Counted from the stretch's first letter, positions 9,186 through 19,856 are shown. The stretch: DNA of 64,000 nucleotides from Alphaproteobacteria bacterium (GCA_965221125.1 CBDCRW010000004.1:448001-512000), one strand, 5' to 3'. The notes: a model not told the origin generated them from the letters alone. Numbers and translations are program-made.

Positions 9186-11735
9186 CTACGGGTCGTCTGC
9201 GACCCGGTGCAACCCCTCGCGGGAATAGCGAAACCGCCGCTCTCCGACCGACAGGACCAGGCCTTCCCCATTGGCGCTTGCTTTTACGGGCTCGTTCATG
9301 CCGATACCGCGGGACCAGCGTGCCGGCAGGGTGATCTGCTCTATCTGGCGACCGAAGGGGCCGACGGCCGGCGAATCGAGCCTCAGCACGACTCCCTCCT
9401 CACCGAGCCGTGTAACGATCCGCTCGTCCGAATCAGGAAAGATCGCGTCTTCAAATCTCTCCTCGCGGTCCAGGGAGTTGAGGCCGGCGATCATGCCTTC
9501 GGCCAACGCCGCGCCGCCGACCTTTCTCTCGTAACGCTTCCAATCGTGGCCTTTCTCTTCGATCAGCGCGGCGATGTGCTCGGGATGGGTAGCACCCTCG
9601 ACCAGCGCACGGTTCATCTGCGGTATCCGCCATTCCCGATTCTTTGCGATTGCTCGCCAAGTCAGCTCGAGCCCCGCGAGATCGCGATAGATTCCGTTGA
9701 TACCCTCCGGCGTCTCCCACGCGCCAAGTCCGTTCTTGAACGCCGGTTTCGCGAGTGGGTCCAGCCCATCCTCCGGTAACAGCACCGCAATGCGGGCACT
9801 ATCGAAATCAGACGGTCGCCGGCTAATGTCATGCCGGTGAAGCCGACCGATTCGTTGCAGCAGCACATCCATCGGGCACAAGTCCGTGACGAGGAAATCG
9901 GCGTCGATATCGAGCGACTGCTCCAGCGTCTGCGTGCCGATGACGATGCAGCCTTTGCATTCCCGGTCCTGTTCCGGCTTCAGCGCCGCCTCCACGGCTT
10001 GATCCAGGAGGAAGCGGTCCTCTGCGGCGAACCGCCCGTGATGCAACGCCGAGTGCCCTTCGACCTGCATGAGCAGGGTCTCCGCTTCGGCCTCCAGAAT
10101 CGCACGCCACGTCGCCACCGCCGCCGCCACCGTGTTGCGGATTACCAGGACCCGAGCGCCGTGCTTCGCCGCTGAGATCGACCGCGCCGCCGCCGCCACC
10201 GGGTCCATCGTAGACACGGTCTCCAAATGCGCTGTCTTTGAGCGCTCCGTTTCGGCGGCGGCACGTGGTCCGAGTTCTCCCCTCACCCACACCGCCGGGT
10301 AGGGCGCCGCATGAGCGGTCATGGAATCAGGCAAGGTCTCGCCGGTCCAGCGGACTCGAGCTCGCGCGCCGAGTGTGGCGGACATCAGCATCGCGTATCC
10401 GCCAATCGCGAGATGTCCATCGAGAAGCCGCTTCAGAACTTCTGTCATGTAGGCATCGGAGGCATGAACCTCATCGATCACCAGAATGCTGCGACTGAGC
10501 GCGCTGCCCCGCAGATGCGCGTGCTTGACCCGAAGGCCCGCGAGCATGGCTTGGTCCACCGTGCCCACGGCAATCGTCGCGGCGAGGAATCGGGTCGCGT
10601 GTTCGGCCGCCCAGCGCTGGGCAGCCGTATCCCTGTCGTCGTCCCATCGCACCTCCCATCCGGGCAGGCGATGGCCGTCGAACTCGCCCGCCCGCAACAT
10701 GCCGGGGATGGCCAGTACTGGGTCCGGCGCGTCCTCGCCGAAAGTGCGCTGCATCGCCTCGACGACGCGCCGGTGCAGCTGGCGCGCCGCCGCGCGCGTG
10801 GGCACAGCGAAATAGAGACCGGAAACCTTGCCTGCCGCAAAGAGTTGAGCAAACCGCCACAGCGCAGCTTCGGTCTTGCCCGATCCGGTCTCGGCTTCGA
10901 GAATGACCAGTCGGGCCTCAGCCCCCACCGCACCCACTACGTCCTGCGCGGGCCTCGGCGCTGCGAAACCCGTCATCTTCGTGAAATCGGGCGCAGACTC
11001 TTCGGCAAGCGTGCGAACATCCAGGCCAACCGTACTTAGTGCCAATGCCGCCTGACGATGCGCAGTGACGTCGTAGCAGGGATCGAATGGCGCCTGGAAC
11101 TCGAAAAACCGCTGGTCTGATCCAATCCAGTCGGCAAGGGCGGCGAGTCCGGCGACCGCATGGTGGAACCGGGGAGTATCCGGCAACGGCTCCGCGGCCG
11201 TATCGAAGGCTCCGGCAAACCACCGGGTAAACGCGTCGGCTATTGTCCGTGCCTCGGCTCGCCAATCGTAGTGCAGCAATGATCGCCCATTCCAGTCCCT
11301 GAGCGTCGGGCTGGCCGGCGGCGACACGGGTCGGCCGTGGTGCGCGACCGCTGCGGCCAGGAGAGGGCCGACCGCCTCACCCCATGTCATTATGCGGTGC
11401 ATCGTCCCATTGAATGGATGCTCCGGCCACTTGAGGGCGAGGGTCAAGAACGCCCAGCTTTCCTTCAGGTGGCCACGCACCGGCCCGGACCATGCCCTGT
11501 TTGGCCAGCCCTTGGCCTGAAATCCCGGATGCAGCTTCCCGATGTCGTGCAGGAACACCAACGCCGACAGCCGGTGTCGTTGCACGTCGTCCAGCGGCAC
11601 TCCGACCGCCTTGTCCAACCGGTCGCGAACGACCGGCAGTTCGATCATCCGCGCAAAGACCGCGGCGACATCCATGCAATGATGCGCGAGTGGATGAGTC
11701 CTCTCGCCGTCAAATTTGCCCCACGCCTCACGCAT
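9186..11735 (-). CDS. cas3: CRISPR-associated HD nuclease/SF2 helicase Cas3
   Basis: HD domain (LAHHCMDVA, LHDIGK, HHG, ADWIGS), Walker A ETGSGKT, IDEVH, MSAT and QRIGRLHRH. Confidence 0.97.
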   Translation of the reverse strand: MREAWGKFDGERTHPLAHHCMDVAAVFARMIELPVVRDRLDKAVGVPLDDVQRHRLSALVFLHDIGKLHPGFQAKGWPNRAWSGPVRGHLKESWAFLTLALKWPEHPFNGTMHRIMTWGEAVGPLLAAAVAHHGRPVSPPASPTLRDWNGRSLLHYDWRAEARTIADAFTRWFAGAFDTAAEPLPDTPRFHHAVAGLAALADWIGSDQRFFEFQAPFDPCYDVTAHRQAALALSTVGLDVRTLAEESAPDFTKMTGFAAPRPAQDVVGAVGAEARLVILEAETGSGKTEAALWRFAQLFAAGKVSGLYFAVPTRAAARQLHRRVVEAMQRTFGEDAPDPVLAIPGMLRAGEFDGHRLPGWEVRWDDDRDTAAQRWAAEHATRFLAATIAVGTVDQAMLAGLRVKHAHLRGSALSRSILVIDEVHASDAYMTEVLKRLLDGHLAIGGYAMLMSATLGARARVRWTGETLPDSMTAHAAPYPAVWVRGELGPRAAAETERSKTAHLETVSTMDPVAAAARSISAAKHGARVLVIRNTVAAAVATWRAILEAEAETLLMQVEGHSALHHGRFAAEDRFLLDQAVEAALKPEQDRECKGCIVIGTQTLEQSLDIDADFLVTDLCPMDVLLQRIGRLHRHDISRRPSDFDSARIAVLLPEDGLDPLAKPAFKNGLGAWETPEGINGIYRDLAGLELTWRAIAKNREWRIPQMNRALVEGATHPEHIAALIEEKGHDWKRYERKVGGAALAEGMIAGLNSLDREERFEDAIFPDSDERIVTRLGEEGVVLRLDSPAVGPFGRQIEQITLPARWSRGIGMNEPVKASANGEGLVLSVGERRFRYSREGLHRVADDP

Positions 11736-11868
11736 CTCGCTTCATTCAGCCACCTTGTTGCTACTCGTAGAACTGCCATCTCGCGCATGAATTCGCGTTC
11801 AGGAGCCACTCCAATGCACGATCGGATTTGGCCGCGATTTATTCCACGGGCCGCTATGATCTTGCGTC

Positions 11869-14800
11869 ATGGTCGCGACGGTCCGCAACCTGACCTCTTC
11901 GTCTGCCACCTCGGAGTATTTCCGCCAGGACGGCGGCTACTATCTCCGGGATGGCGAGGACGCAGCGGACCTTCGCGCCAAACGGGCCGAGCACCGAAAC
12001 GCAAGCACCTGGCACGGCAGCGGCGCTCTTGCCCTGGGATTGCATCCCGGCAAGCCGGTCGCGGCCGGCGCCTTCGAGAAGCTTCTTCAGGGCCACGTGA
12101 TCGGGACGAAGCAGCGCCTCGGTCGCCTGCGCGACGGGCAGCACGAGCACCGTCCGGGCTTCGACATCACGTTCTCGGCGCCGAAGTCTGTGTCGCTGGC
12201 GGCGCTTCTACCGACGGAAGAGCACCCGCACGGCGACCGGATGGTGATTCGCGCGCACAATGCGGCGGTGCGCGAGACGCTCGACTGGATCGAGGGTTCG
12301 CTTCTGGAGACGCGTGGCTGGGACCCCGCCACCGGCAGGCGGCCACGGGTGAAGGCGCCCTCGATGGTGGCCGCGCTGTTCCGCCACATCGCGAGCCGCA
12401 ACCTCGATCCGCAGCTCCACACTCACGCGGTGATCGCCAACATGACCCGGGACGGGGAGGGGCGGTGGAAGAGCGTGGAGCCGACGCTGCTGCACCGCAA
12501 TGCGAGACTGATCGGGGCGTATTACCGCGACCGGCTGGCACGGCAGCTGATGGAGAGGGGCTATTCGATCGTGCCGGCGATGGTGGGCCGGCTGCCGAGC
12601 TTCGAGCTTGCAGGCTATGGCCGGGAGCTGCGGGAAGCGTTCTCGACGCGCCGGCACGAGATCCTGGCCTATGTGGACGAGAAGGGCTGGGATCGCAGCG
12701 GGGTGGCGATGCAGGCGGCGACGCTGGCGACGCGCAAGCGGAAGGCGGAGCCGGTGCGGGCTCAGCTGCAGGAGCTGTGGCGGGAGCGCGCACAGGAATT
12801 GCGCCTCGACACGGCGCTCGCAGAGGCGCGCGCCGGGCAGGCGATCGTGCTTCCGGAGAGTCCGTCGGCGCTGGCGATCGTTCGCCGCTGCATGCGCCAG
12901 CTGGAGGAACGGCGATCGGTCTTCTCCGAGCACGATCTCGAGGCGCTGGCTCTCGGCCATTCGCCGGGCCGGCATTCGCTCGGGGAGATCCGGGACGCGA
13001 TCGCCTGGCTGGTCCGCGACGGCCACCTGGTCGAGGCCGAGCTGCGGCGCGCCGACCGGGCCTTCGTCACCGACCGCGCGCTGAAGGCGGAGCGGTCCAC
13101 GATCGCCATGATGAAGGCCGGGATCGGCGCCGGCGCGGTGCTGGCGCGGGAGAAGGACGTGGCGTCCCACCTCGACGGCGCCGGGCTCACCGAGGGACAG
13201 GAGGAGGCGGTTCGCACGATCCTGCTGGCGCACGACCGGGTCGTCGGCGTGCAGGGCCGGGCCGGGACCGGCAAGACGACGATGCTGCGCCAGGTGCGGG
13301 CGCTTGCCGGGGAGAAGCCGGTGATCGGCCTGGCACCCTCGACCGCCGCTGCCGCTGTGCTGGGGCGCGAGACCGGCATTCACGCCCGCACGCTGCAGTG
13401 GCTCCTGGCGCGCCGCCGGGCGGCGGGCGGCAACGGACAGGCGCTGGAGGCGTTGAAGGAGATTTTTGGGGGCGCGGTGCTGGTGCTGGACGAGGCATCG
13501 ATGGTGTCGACCGACCAGATGCGCTCGCTCCTGCGTGCGGCCGACGAGCTCGACACTGCCCGCGTGGTGCTGGTGGGCGACAGCAGCCAGCTCCGCGCGG
13601 TGGAGGCGGGGCAGCCGTTCCGGCTGTTGCAGCGGGCGGGGATGACGACGGCGGCGATGGACGACATCCTGCGCCAGCGGAACCCGGAGCTGCGGGCGGC
13701 GGTGCAGGCGGTTCTGGCGGGCGATCCCGGCGAGGCGGTGGAGTTGCTCGGCAGCAGCGTGCACGAAGTGGCGCACGAAGAGCTCGGTGAGAAGGCGGCG
13801 CAGGCCTGGCTGGCGCTCGACCCCGCCACCCGCGACAACACCCTCCTGGTCGCGCCCACCCATGCGCTGAGGGAAGAGATCAACCGGACCGTCCGGGAGG
13901 CACTGGCGAGCGAGGGGGTGCTCCGGGGGAAGGCGCTCGGGATCGAGCGCCTGGTCAGCCTGGGCTTGACCCGGACCGAGAAGGGGGACGTGCGCAACTA
14001 CCGGGAAGGGGACCTCGTGGTGTTCCACCACGACCTGGTGAACTACCGGCTGAAGAAGGACGAGATCCTGACGGTGACCGGGATCGAGTACGACCGGGTG
14101 ATGCTGCTGCATCCTGACGGCAAGCCGCGCTGGATCCGGCCTGCGGGCTCGGTCCGATACCAGCTCGACGTCTACGAGACCCGTCCCATGGAGATCCGAG
14201 CGGGCGACCGGGTCCGCTGGACCCGGAACGACAGGAAGCGGTCGCTCGTCAACGGCGAGCGGGCCGAGGTGGAGGGGATCGCCAAGGGCCGTGTGCGGTT
14301 CCGGCTGGATGACGGGCGGGGGCTGTCGCTGCGGGTGGACGATCCGCAGTTGCGGCATATCGACCACGCCTGGAGCTCGACGGTGCACGGCGCGCAGGGG
14401 AGCACGGCGGAGGGGGTGATCGCGGTGCTGGATTCGAGCCACGGCGCGCTCACCGACCAGTCGACCTTCTACGTCGAGATCAGCCGGGCGCGAGACCGGG
14501 CGGTGGTGCTCACCGACAACGCCGAGGAGCTGGTGAAGGTTCTGGCCGACAACACCGGGGAACGGCCGACGGCGCTTGAGGCGGTCGACGCGCCGATCGA
14601 GCTCGAGCCGGAGGAGATCGTCCGGCTGCTGGCGGAGGGGGAGCCGTCCTGGTCGCTGCGCGACGAATGGCAGGCGCTGGAACGGCAGGCGTGGCGCGAG
14701 GGCACGGTGCTGTTCCTGATGGAGGGCTACGGGGCGCTGATCGGACGGGCGCGGGAGCTCGCCGGGAACCCGGACCTGTCGGCCGCGACCAGGGAGGTGG

Positions 14801-17346
14801 TGGACGGGCTGTTGGCCTATGACCGCGCCTGCCGGGAGGGGGACAGGGCGGCGGTGGAGTTTCTCGGGCTTCTCGATGGGCATGACGCGAGGAGGCGCGG
14901 GCTGGACGAGGCCGCCAACTCTGCAACGTGCCCGGTTGCCGGGCTGGAAGACTACCCGGACTGGCGGGAGATGTCGGGGCGGCTCGCGGCGAACGGCGAG
15001 GTCCTGCTCGCGGAACTCGGCGAGCGCGCGGGCGAGGCCGGCGGCACGATCTCCCGGCGCCTCGGGCTGCTCGACGACCTGCTGGCGGTCGACGACGCGG
15101 TCCTCGAATTCGACACGCTGCACCGCGAGGTCGTGGCGCGGGCCGCGGCGGAAGGCACGATTCCGTTCTACGCCGATGGGCATGACGATCTCGCCGAGCG
15201 CGCCAGGAAACTCACGGAGCGGTCCCCACTCCCGGCATGGGCGCTCGGGGCGGCCAGGGAGGTTCTCGACCATGCAGAGGCCTGCGAAGAACGGAAGGCG
15301 GCAATCGTCGCGCTTCATGCTTCGGCGGCCGGGCTTCTGGACGAGCGCACGATGCTGGAGGACCGCGCCCGCACGGCTGGCCCGCCCCTGTTCACCCCGC
15401 CCACCGAATTGGCGGGCTATGCCGGCTGGTTGGCGCGTTGCGGGGAGGCGGGCGAGCGCTGGCGCGCCATGCGTGAAGAGCCGGATTCCAAGCGTGAAGA
15501 TCCAGATACATGGCGGCCCCATGATACATGGCAGCCCCATCTCGAGCGGCTGAAGGATGAAGCGGGGGAGATCGCAGCCGCCGTCGATCGGCTCGACCGG
15601 CTCCGCGGCCACGACCTGGCCTGGGCGGGGGTGTTCGAAAAGCGTCTGGCGATGGCGGAGCGGGCGAAGGCGGAGGGAGTCATCGCCTTCTATCTGCCGG
15701 GCTGGAAGGAGCTCGTCGACGAGGCCCGCGCGCTCGGCCGGCGGGAGGGCTTGCCGGACCAGGCCGGGGAGATGGCGCGGCGGGTGCTGGACTACGACCG
15801 CGAACGCGGCAGGGAGCGCGCCACCGTCGACGGTTTCCTCGACGGGGCCGGGCAACATGGGCAGTACTGGGACACCCTGCAGGAAGAGGCGAAGCGGCGG
15901 ACCGGGCAGGAGCCGGACTTTCTCGTCACCGAGCTGCCCGGCTACCGGTCCCTCACCGACTCTTGGGCGAAGCTGCTGACGACGGGACGTTCGATCCACA
16001 AGGACGAGGACACCTATGCTCCCCATCTCGACCGGATACCGGACGTCAGGGAAACGCTGGCTGCCGCGCTGGAGCGGATGGAGAGTCACCATCTGCTCGA
16101 CCGCTTCGTCTCGGTGAAGGCCCAGATCGAGGGTGCGAAGCACAGCGCGCTCGCGCAGGGCATATCGCCCGCCGACGACGAGGAGTGCGGCAAGGCCATG
16201 CGCCGAGCGGAGCGCCTGGCCAGGGAACCCGACCTTGACGAAGCGGCCCGGCGCTGGCTGCAGGCACAGATTGACGATCATGCTTCGCTGTCAGTCCATT
16301 GGACGGCGTTCCAGCGCCTGTTCCGGGAGGCGAACGAGCTGGACGAGCAATACCGTCAAATCGAGGAACGCGCGAAGCGAGAGAACGTGCCGTTGTCGCT
16401 GCTGGCCGAATGGCCGGCATGGCAGGAACGACACCGCGCGTTCGAGGAAGACGTCCGGTGGGCGCTGAACGGGGACGAAGACACCCAGGAGCGCTGGCAA
16501 GGCCGCCCCGAGCTGCTTGAGCGCATCGATAAGGGACTCCGGCTCTCACGCGAGCGGGAAGCCGTTCCGAAGCTGGAGGCGGCCCGGATCGCGGACATGG
16601 TGGGTGCCGAGCTTGCCCGGCTCCGCGACCCCGGCGCCTCTCATACATTCACCATCCCCTGGACGGGGCAGGAGCCGCTGCTCGCGGGCGAGCGGATCAG
16701 TCTGCAGCTACCGGAAGACGGGCCGCGTCTCGAAGCGGTGGTGCGCCGGCCGGGACGGGCCGGTGAATGGGCCCCCGAAGACGAGGTGGAGCTCGAGTGG
16801 GTTGCGGCGGTGACGGGCCAGATGCCGGAGGAACCAGTAAAAGAAATGTCCTGGCTGGAGCTCGCGGGCTGCGACGTCCTTCAGGCGGAGTGGAGTGACG
16901 AGAGGCTCCGGCAGGCGGAACTGGAGCGCCAGCGGCCGGAACCCCCGGACCGCTATGCGCTTGCCTGCTCACGGGATCTCACCGTGGGCGACCGGTTGTG
17001 GTGCAGCGAGGTCGTCGATACGGAGACGGCTGCGCCGGAGAGCACGCACCTGGGCCACCCGGCGGTCGTGCAGGTCGAGCTGGAGGCGGTCTACAGAACG
17101 GCGGGGAAGACCGAAGCGGAGGACATCTGCACGCTTCGCGAGCTCTCGCGTTCGGACGACGAGCCCTGCCGGGAGATCGACCTTTCGCTCCACGAACTTA
17201 TGGCGTTCGCGCGCGCGCGCGCATTCCGGGACGACGAGGACGAGCGCTGGTCCGAGGCGCTCGCCCAGAAGATGGAGCTGGACCAGAGACGGGCCATATT
17301 GCAACAGGAAGGACTGCACCGTGTCATGAGTATGAAGCCCTGGTGA
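11869..17346 (+). CDS. MOB-F (TrwC/TraI-like) relaxase-helicase with very long C-terminal extension
   Basis: N-terminal EYF..DGGYY tyrosines, FDITFSAPKSVS, HUH motif DPQLHTHAVIAN, FSTRR; RecD-like helicase QGRAGTGKTT, LDEASM, TVHGAQG, FYVEISRAR; then about 900 aa of repetitive unknown sequence. Confidence 0.95.
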   Translation: MVATVRNLTSSSATSEYFRQDGGYYLRDGEDAADLRAKRAEHRNASTWHGSGALALGLHPGKPVAAGAFEKLLQGHVIGTKQRLGRLRDGQHEHRPGFDITFSAPKSVSLAALLPTEEHPHGDRMVIRAHNAAVRETLDWIEGSLLETRGWDPATGRRPRVKAPSMVAALFRHIASRNLDPQLHTHAVIANMTRDGEGRWKSVEPTLLHRNARLIGAYYRDRLARQLMERGYSIVPAMVGRLPSFELAGYGRELREAFSTRRHEILAYVDEKGWDRSGVAMQAATLATRKRKAEPVRAQLQELWRERAQELRLDTALAEARAGQAIVLPESPSALAIVRRCMRQLEERRSVFSEHDLEALALGHSPGRHSLGEIRDAIAWLVRDGHLVEAELRRADRAFVTDRALKAERSTIAMMKAGIGAGAVLAREKDVASHLDGAGLTEGQEEAVRTILLAHDRVVGVQGRAGTGKTTMLRQVRALAGEKPVIGLAPSTAAAAVLGRETGIHARTLQWLLARRRAAGGNGQALEALKEIFGGAVLVLDEASMVSTDQMRSLLRAADELDTARVVLVGDSSQLRAVEAGQPFRLLQRAGMTTAAMDDILRQRNPELRAAVQAVLAGDPGEAVELLGSSVHEVAHEELGEKAAQAWLALDPATRDNTLLVAPTHALREEINRTVREALASEGVLRGKALGIERLVSLGLTRTEKGDVRNYREGDLVVFHHDLVNYRLKKDEILTVTGIEYDRVMLLHPDGKPRWIRPAGSVRYQLDVYETRPMEIRAGDRVRWTRNDRKRSLVNGERAEVEGIAKGRVRFRLDDGRGLSLRVDDPQLRHIDHAWSSTVHGAQGSTAEGVIAVLDSSHGALTDQSTFYVEISRARDRAVVLTDNAEELVKVLADNTGERPTALEAVDAPIELEPEEIVRLLAEGEPSWSLRDEWQALERQAWREGTVLFLMEGYGALIGRARELAGNPDLSAATREVVDGLLAYDRACREGDRAAVEFLGLLDGHDARRRGLDEAANSATCPVAGLEDYPDWREMSGRLAANGEVLLAELGERAGEAGGTISRRLGLLDDLLAVDDAVLEFDTLHREVVARAAAEGTIPFYADGHDDLAERARKLTERSPLPAWALGAAREVLDHAEACEERKAAIVALHASAAGLLDERTMLEDRARTAGPPLFTPPTELAGYAGWLARCGEAGERWRAMREEPDSKREDPDTWRPHDTWQPHLERLKDEAGEIAAAVDRLDRLRGHDLAWAGVFEKRLAMAERAKAEGVIAFYLPGWKELVDEARALGRREGLPDQAGEMARRVLDYDRERGRERATVDGFLDGAGQHGQYWDTLQEEAKRRTGQEPDFLVTELPGYRSLTDSWAKLLTTGRSIHKDEDTYAPHLDRIPDVRETLAAALERMESHHLLDRFVSVKAQIEGAKHSALAQGISPADDEECGKAMRRAERLAREPDLDEAARRWLQAQIDDHASLSVHWTAFQRLFREANELDEQYRQIEERAKRENVPLSLLAEWPAWQERHRAFEEDVRWALNGDEDTQERWQGRPELLERIDKGLRLSREREAVPKLEAARIADMVGAELARLRDPGASHTFTIPWTGQEPLLAGERISLQLPEDGPRLEAVVRRPGRAGEWAPEDEVELEWVAAVTGQMPEEPVKEMSWLELAGCDVLQAEWSDERLRQAELERQRPEPPDRYALACSRDLTVGDRLWCSEVVDTETAAPESTHLGHPAVVQVELEAVYRTAGKTEAEDICTLRELSRSDDEPCREIDLSLHELMAFARARAFRDDEDERWSEALAQKMELDQRRAILQQEGLHRVMSMKPW

Positions 17347-17501
17347 CCGATCCTGCCCGCACCGTCTGCATCGACGAGGGTTCTCAGGACCTGTCGCTCG
17401 TGTCTTGCACTCTCTGCCGTGAAGGAGGCCGGCGAACATATTGAAAGCGCCTTCTTTCCGATCGCCGGGTCGCCGCATGCGCAGCGCCGCCGGCGAGATG
17501 C

Positions 17502-18526
17502 TCACGACTTGATCCAGCCCGCCCGGTGCCTGGCCGCGCCGCCAAAGAAGGCAAGGCACGCCCGCGCCAGCGATCTCCGCCTTCCCGCCGTCGTGAGCAC
17601 GGCATGGAAGCTCCTGCCTGTCTCGACGAAGCCGCCCGCCTGCATCACCAGAGTGCCGGCCTCCACGTGCCGTCCGATCAGATGACGCCAACCGAGCACG
17701 AGGCCGCGGCCGGCAACGGCTGCGTCCAGCGCCTGGGCGTGGCTCTCGACGACTTCGTACCGGGGGTCCGGGGGCGGACGCCCCGCGGCCTCGAACCAGC
17801 GCTCCCAGGACGCTCCGCCCTCGTCAGGCCCTGCGAGATCGAGAAGGGTCAGCCCCTTCCAGCCCGCCGCAGGTCCATTCAGAACCTGCGCATGAGCGGC
17901 GGCGTAGCCGGGAGAGCAGAAGGCGCCAACGGCTCCCCCGGCAACCGTCACGCGGTGCTGGGTGCGGCAGTCTCCGCGTCCCAGGTCAGCATCAGATCGG
18001 CGGCGGTCTCGGACGGCGCGGGCGCTGCTGCGTTTGTGTGGGCGAGAATGCGGATCCGGACGTGATCTCCAAGCGCCGCTTTCAGCGCCTCATAGCGCTG
18101 CATCGCGAAGAGTTGCGACAACTCGTCCGGACAGGCGATCGCCACTTCCGTCCCGTCCTCGCTGGAGTGTTCCGCAATCTCCGCGGCCCCGTCATGGAGA
18201 GCGTCGAGAGCCACAAGGACCGCCTTGTGAAAGCGCAGCCCCGCGTCGGTCAGGCTCACCCCGGTCCGGGAGCGCTCGAACAGCCGTGCCGAGAGCTGGT
18301 CCTCCAGGCGCGCAATGAGTCGGCTGATCGCCGACTGCGAGGTGCCGAGCTCCCGCGCCGCATGGGAGAAGCTGCCGTGTCGCGCCGCGCTCTCGAAGGC
18401 GATCAGGGCGCTCATGGAGGGAAGCCGGTAGGGACTGCGATCGCTCAAGGGCGCGCGGGCGCGGCCGGAGCGCACGTTCCCGTCCCCGCGTTGCGCCACA
18501 TGGCGCGGCTCTCCGTCGTTGGCCAT
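17502..18526 (-). pseudogene. LysR-family (GcvA-like) regulator, frameshifted near 17950
   Basis: The HTH (LPSMSALIAFESAARHGSFSHAARELGTSQSAIS) is in 17948..18526 and the substrate-binding half (WERWF...AAVAGRGLVLGW) is in another frame at 17502..17951. Confidence 0.8.
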
Positions 18527-18609
18527 GCCTCCCTCCCCGGCACGTATGGCCGCGTGCGCCCGGTCTCCGCAGCCGCCAGGCGCTCAGGCCGCGAGAACCC
18601 CGCCGGGCC

Positions 18610-19055
18610 TCACTCCGCCTGCGCCGGCGCCACGCGCTTCGTCAGCATCACCACGTTGCGCCCGTCCTGCCGCCGGCAAGCCACCGTGTCCATCGTCTTC
18701 TGCACGAGATAGATGCCGAGACCGCCCTTGGCGCGATCCTGCAGTGCGGCGCGATATCCGGCGCCGGCGCCCGCAGCGGGTCGAACGCCCTGCCGTCGTC
18801 CGCGATCTCGATCGCCAGCGCTCCGGCCTCAAGGCGGAGGACGAGATCGATCCGATGCTCCCGGTCGTCGTCGTAGCCGTAGCCGATCGTGTTGGTCACC
18901 AGCTCGTCAGCCGCCAGATTGACCTCAAAGGCAATCTGCTTCGCCATCCCGTGCTCTGCACGGAACGCGCCGACGTTCTCGGCGGCGACGGCGACATTCC
19001 GCAGATCGTTGACCGGCGAGAGCTCGAGAGCGTCGCCGGTACCGGCGGCAGCCAT
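18610..19055 (-). pseudogene. Anti-sigma factor/HATPase_c (RsbW-like), frameshifted
   Basis: VNLAADELVTNTIGYGY and IEIADDGRAFDPL in one frame; GGLGIYLV and NVVMLTK continue out of that frame. Confidence 0.75.
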
Positions 19056-19114
19056 TTCCCCCGGGCCCGCCTGATGCAGCACGCGCCCGCCGCAGCTTGC
19101 GTCTCCGGCGGCCG

Positions 19115-19396
19115 CTACCGCGTAGCCGGCTCGACAATGATGCGCCCGCGGCCGCGCCTGACGAAGTAACCGCCACGCGGGATAGCGAGCGTGCCCTGCT
19201 GAACCAGCGGCCAGAGAGTATCGACGATCAGGGTCGCATTCTTGTCCGGCGCCGACCCCGCGGTCCCCGGCTGGGCCGCGAGCCATTCCAGGAAGGCCCT
19301 GTCGGCGATATCTCTGCCGATGGATTTTCGCAGCGCATTCAGTTTGCGCGCCTGCCCCCTGGTCAGGCCGCTCTCGTCAATCTCGATACCGGGCAC
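19115..19396 (-). CDS. Small hypothetical protein (93 aa)
   Basis: Strong GGAGGGAG RBS and protein-like composition (LNALRKSIGRDIADRAFLEWL). Confidence 0.7.
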   Translation of the reverse strand: MPGIEIDESGLTRGQARKLNALRKSIGRDIADRAFLEWLAAQPGTAGSAPDKNATLIVDTLWPLVQQGTLAIPRGGYFVRRGRGRIIVEPATR

Positions 19397-19856
19397 GGCA
19401 ATCGCTCCCTCCGATGTCGCTCAAGGGCGAGCGTTATAGCAGATCGCGCCGACAGGCATCTCCAGCGGTTTCACGGTCACGCAACCCGGTGTCGCTGCCA
19501 CGGGATGGGGTGCAGGAAGAAGACGGGCCACGCGCATGAGCGGGGCCGTCCGCATGTTCTCGCGCCCAGGCGGGCGTGGCGCACCGGCGTACGCGGCGCA
19601 CCGGCGTATGCGGCGCGAGCCATGTCCGCCATGCCGGTTTCGTGCTCGACCCGGCTCCCGGTGCCGCCGAGGACCGGGCCGTTCCCCCGGCGCACGGCCT
19701 CCCCGTCTCCCGCCGTATTTCTCTTTCTGCGCCGCCTTCACTTCGGCACGCCGCCAGGAGTCGGAGGCTGGCCGAAACGAGGGCGCGGCGGGTCGCGTCC
19801 CGGGAGAGGGGGGCGTCCCCGCCGTCTCCACCAACCTGCCAACGGGAGGCGGCACC

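Noticed and set aside
1-11735. CRISPR-associated transposon (IS110 or Tn7-like coupled to Cascade)
   Set aside because: No tnsABC/tniQ is present, Cas3 has intact nuclease motifs, and the IS has its own ends and is separated from the array by an unrelated gene fragment.
12208-16281. 1357-aa antisense ORF, the 817-aa ORF at 11337..13790 and many similar long overlapping ORFs
   Set aside because: Shadow ORFs of GC-rich genes, with low complexity and no motifs.
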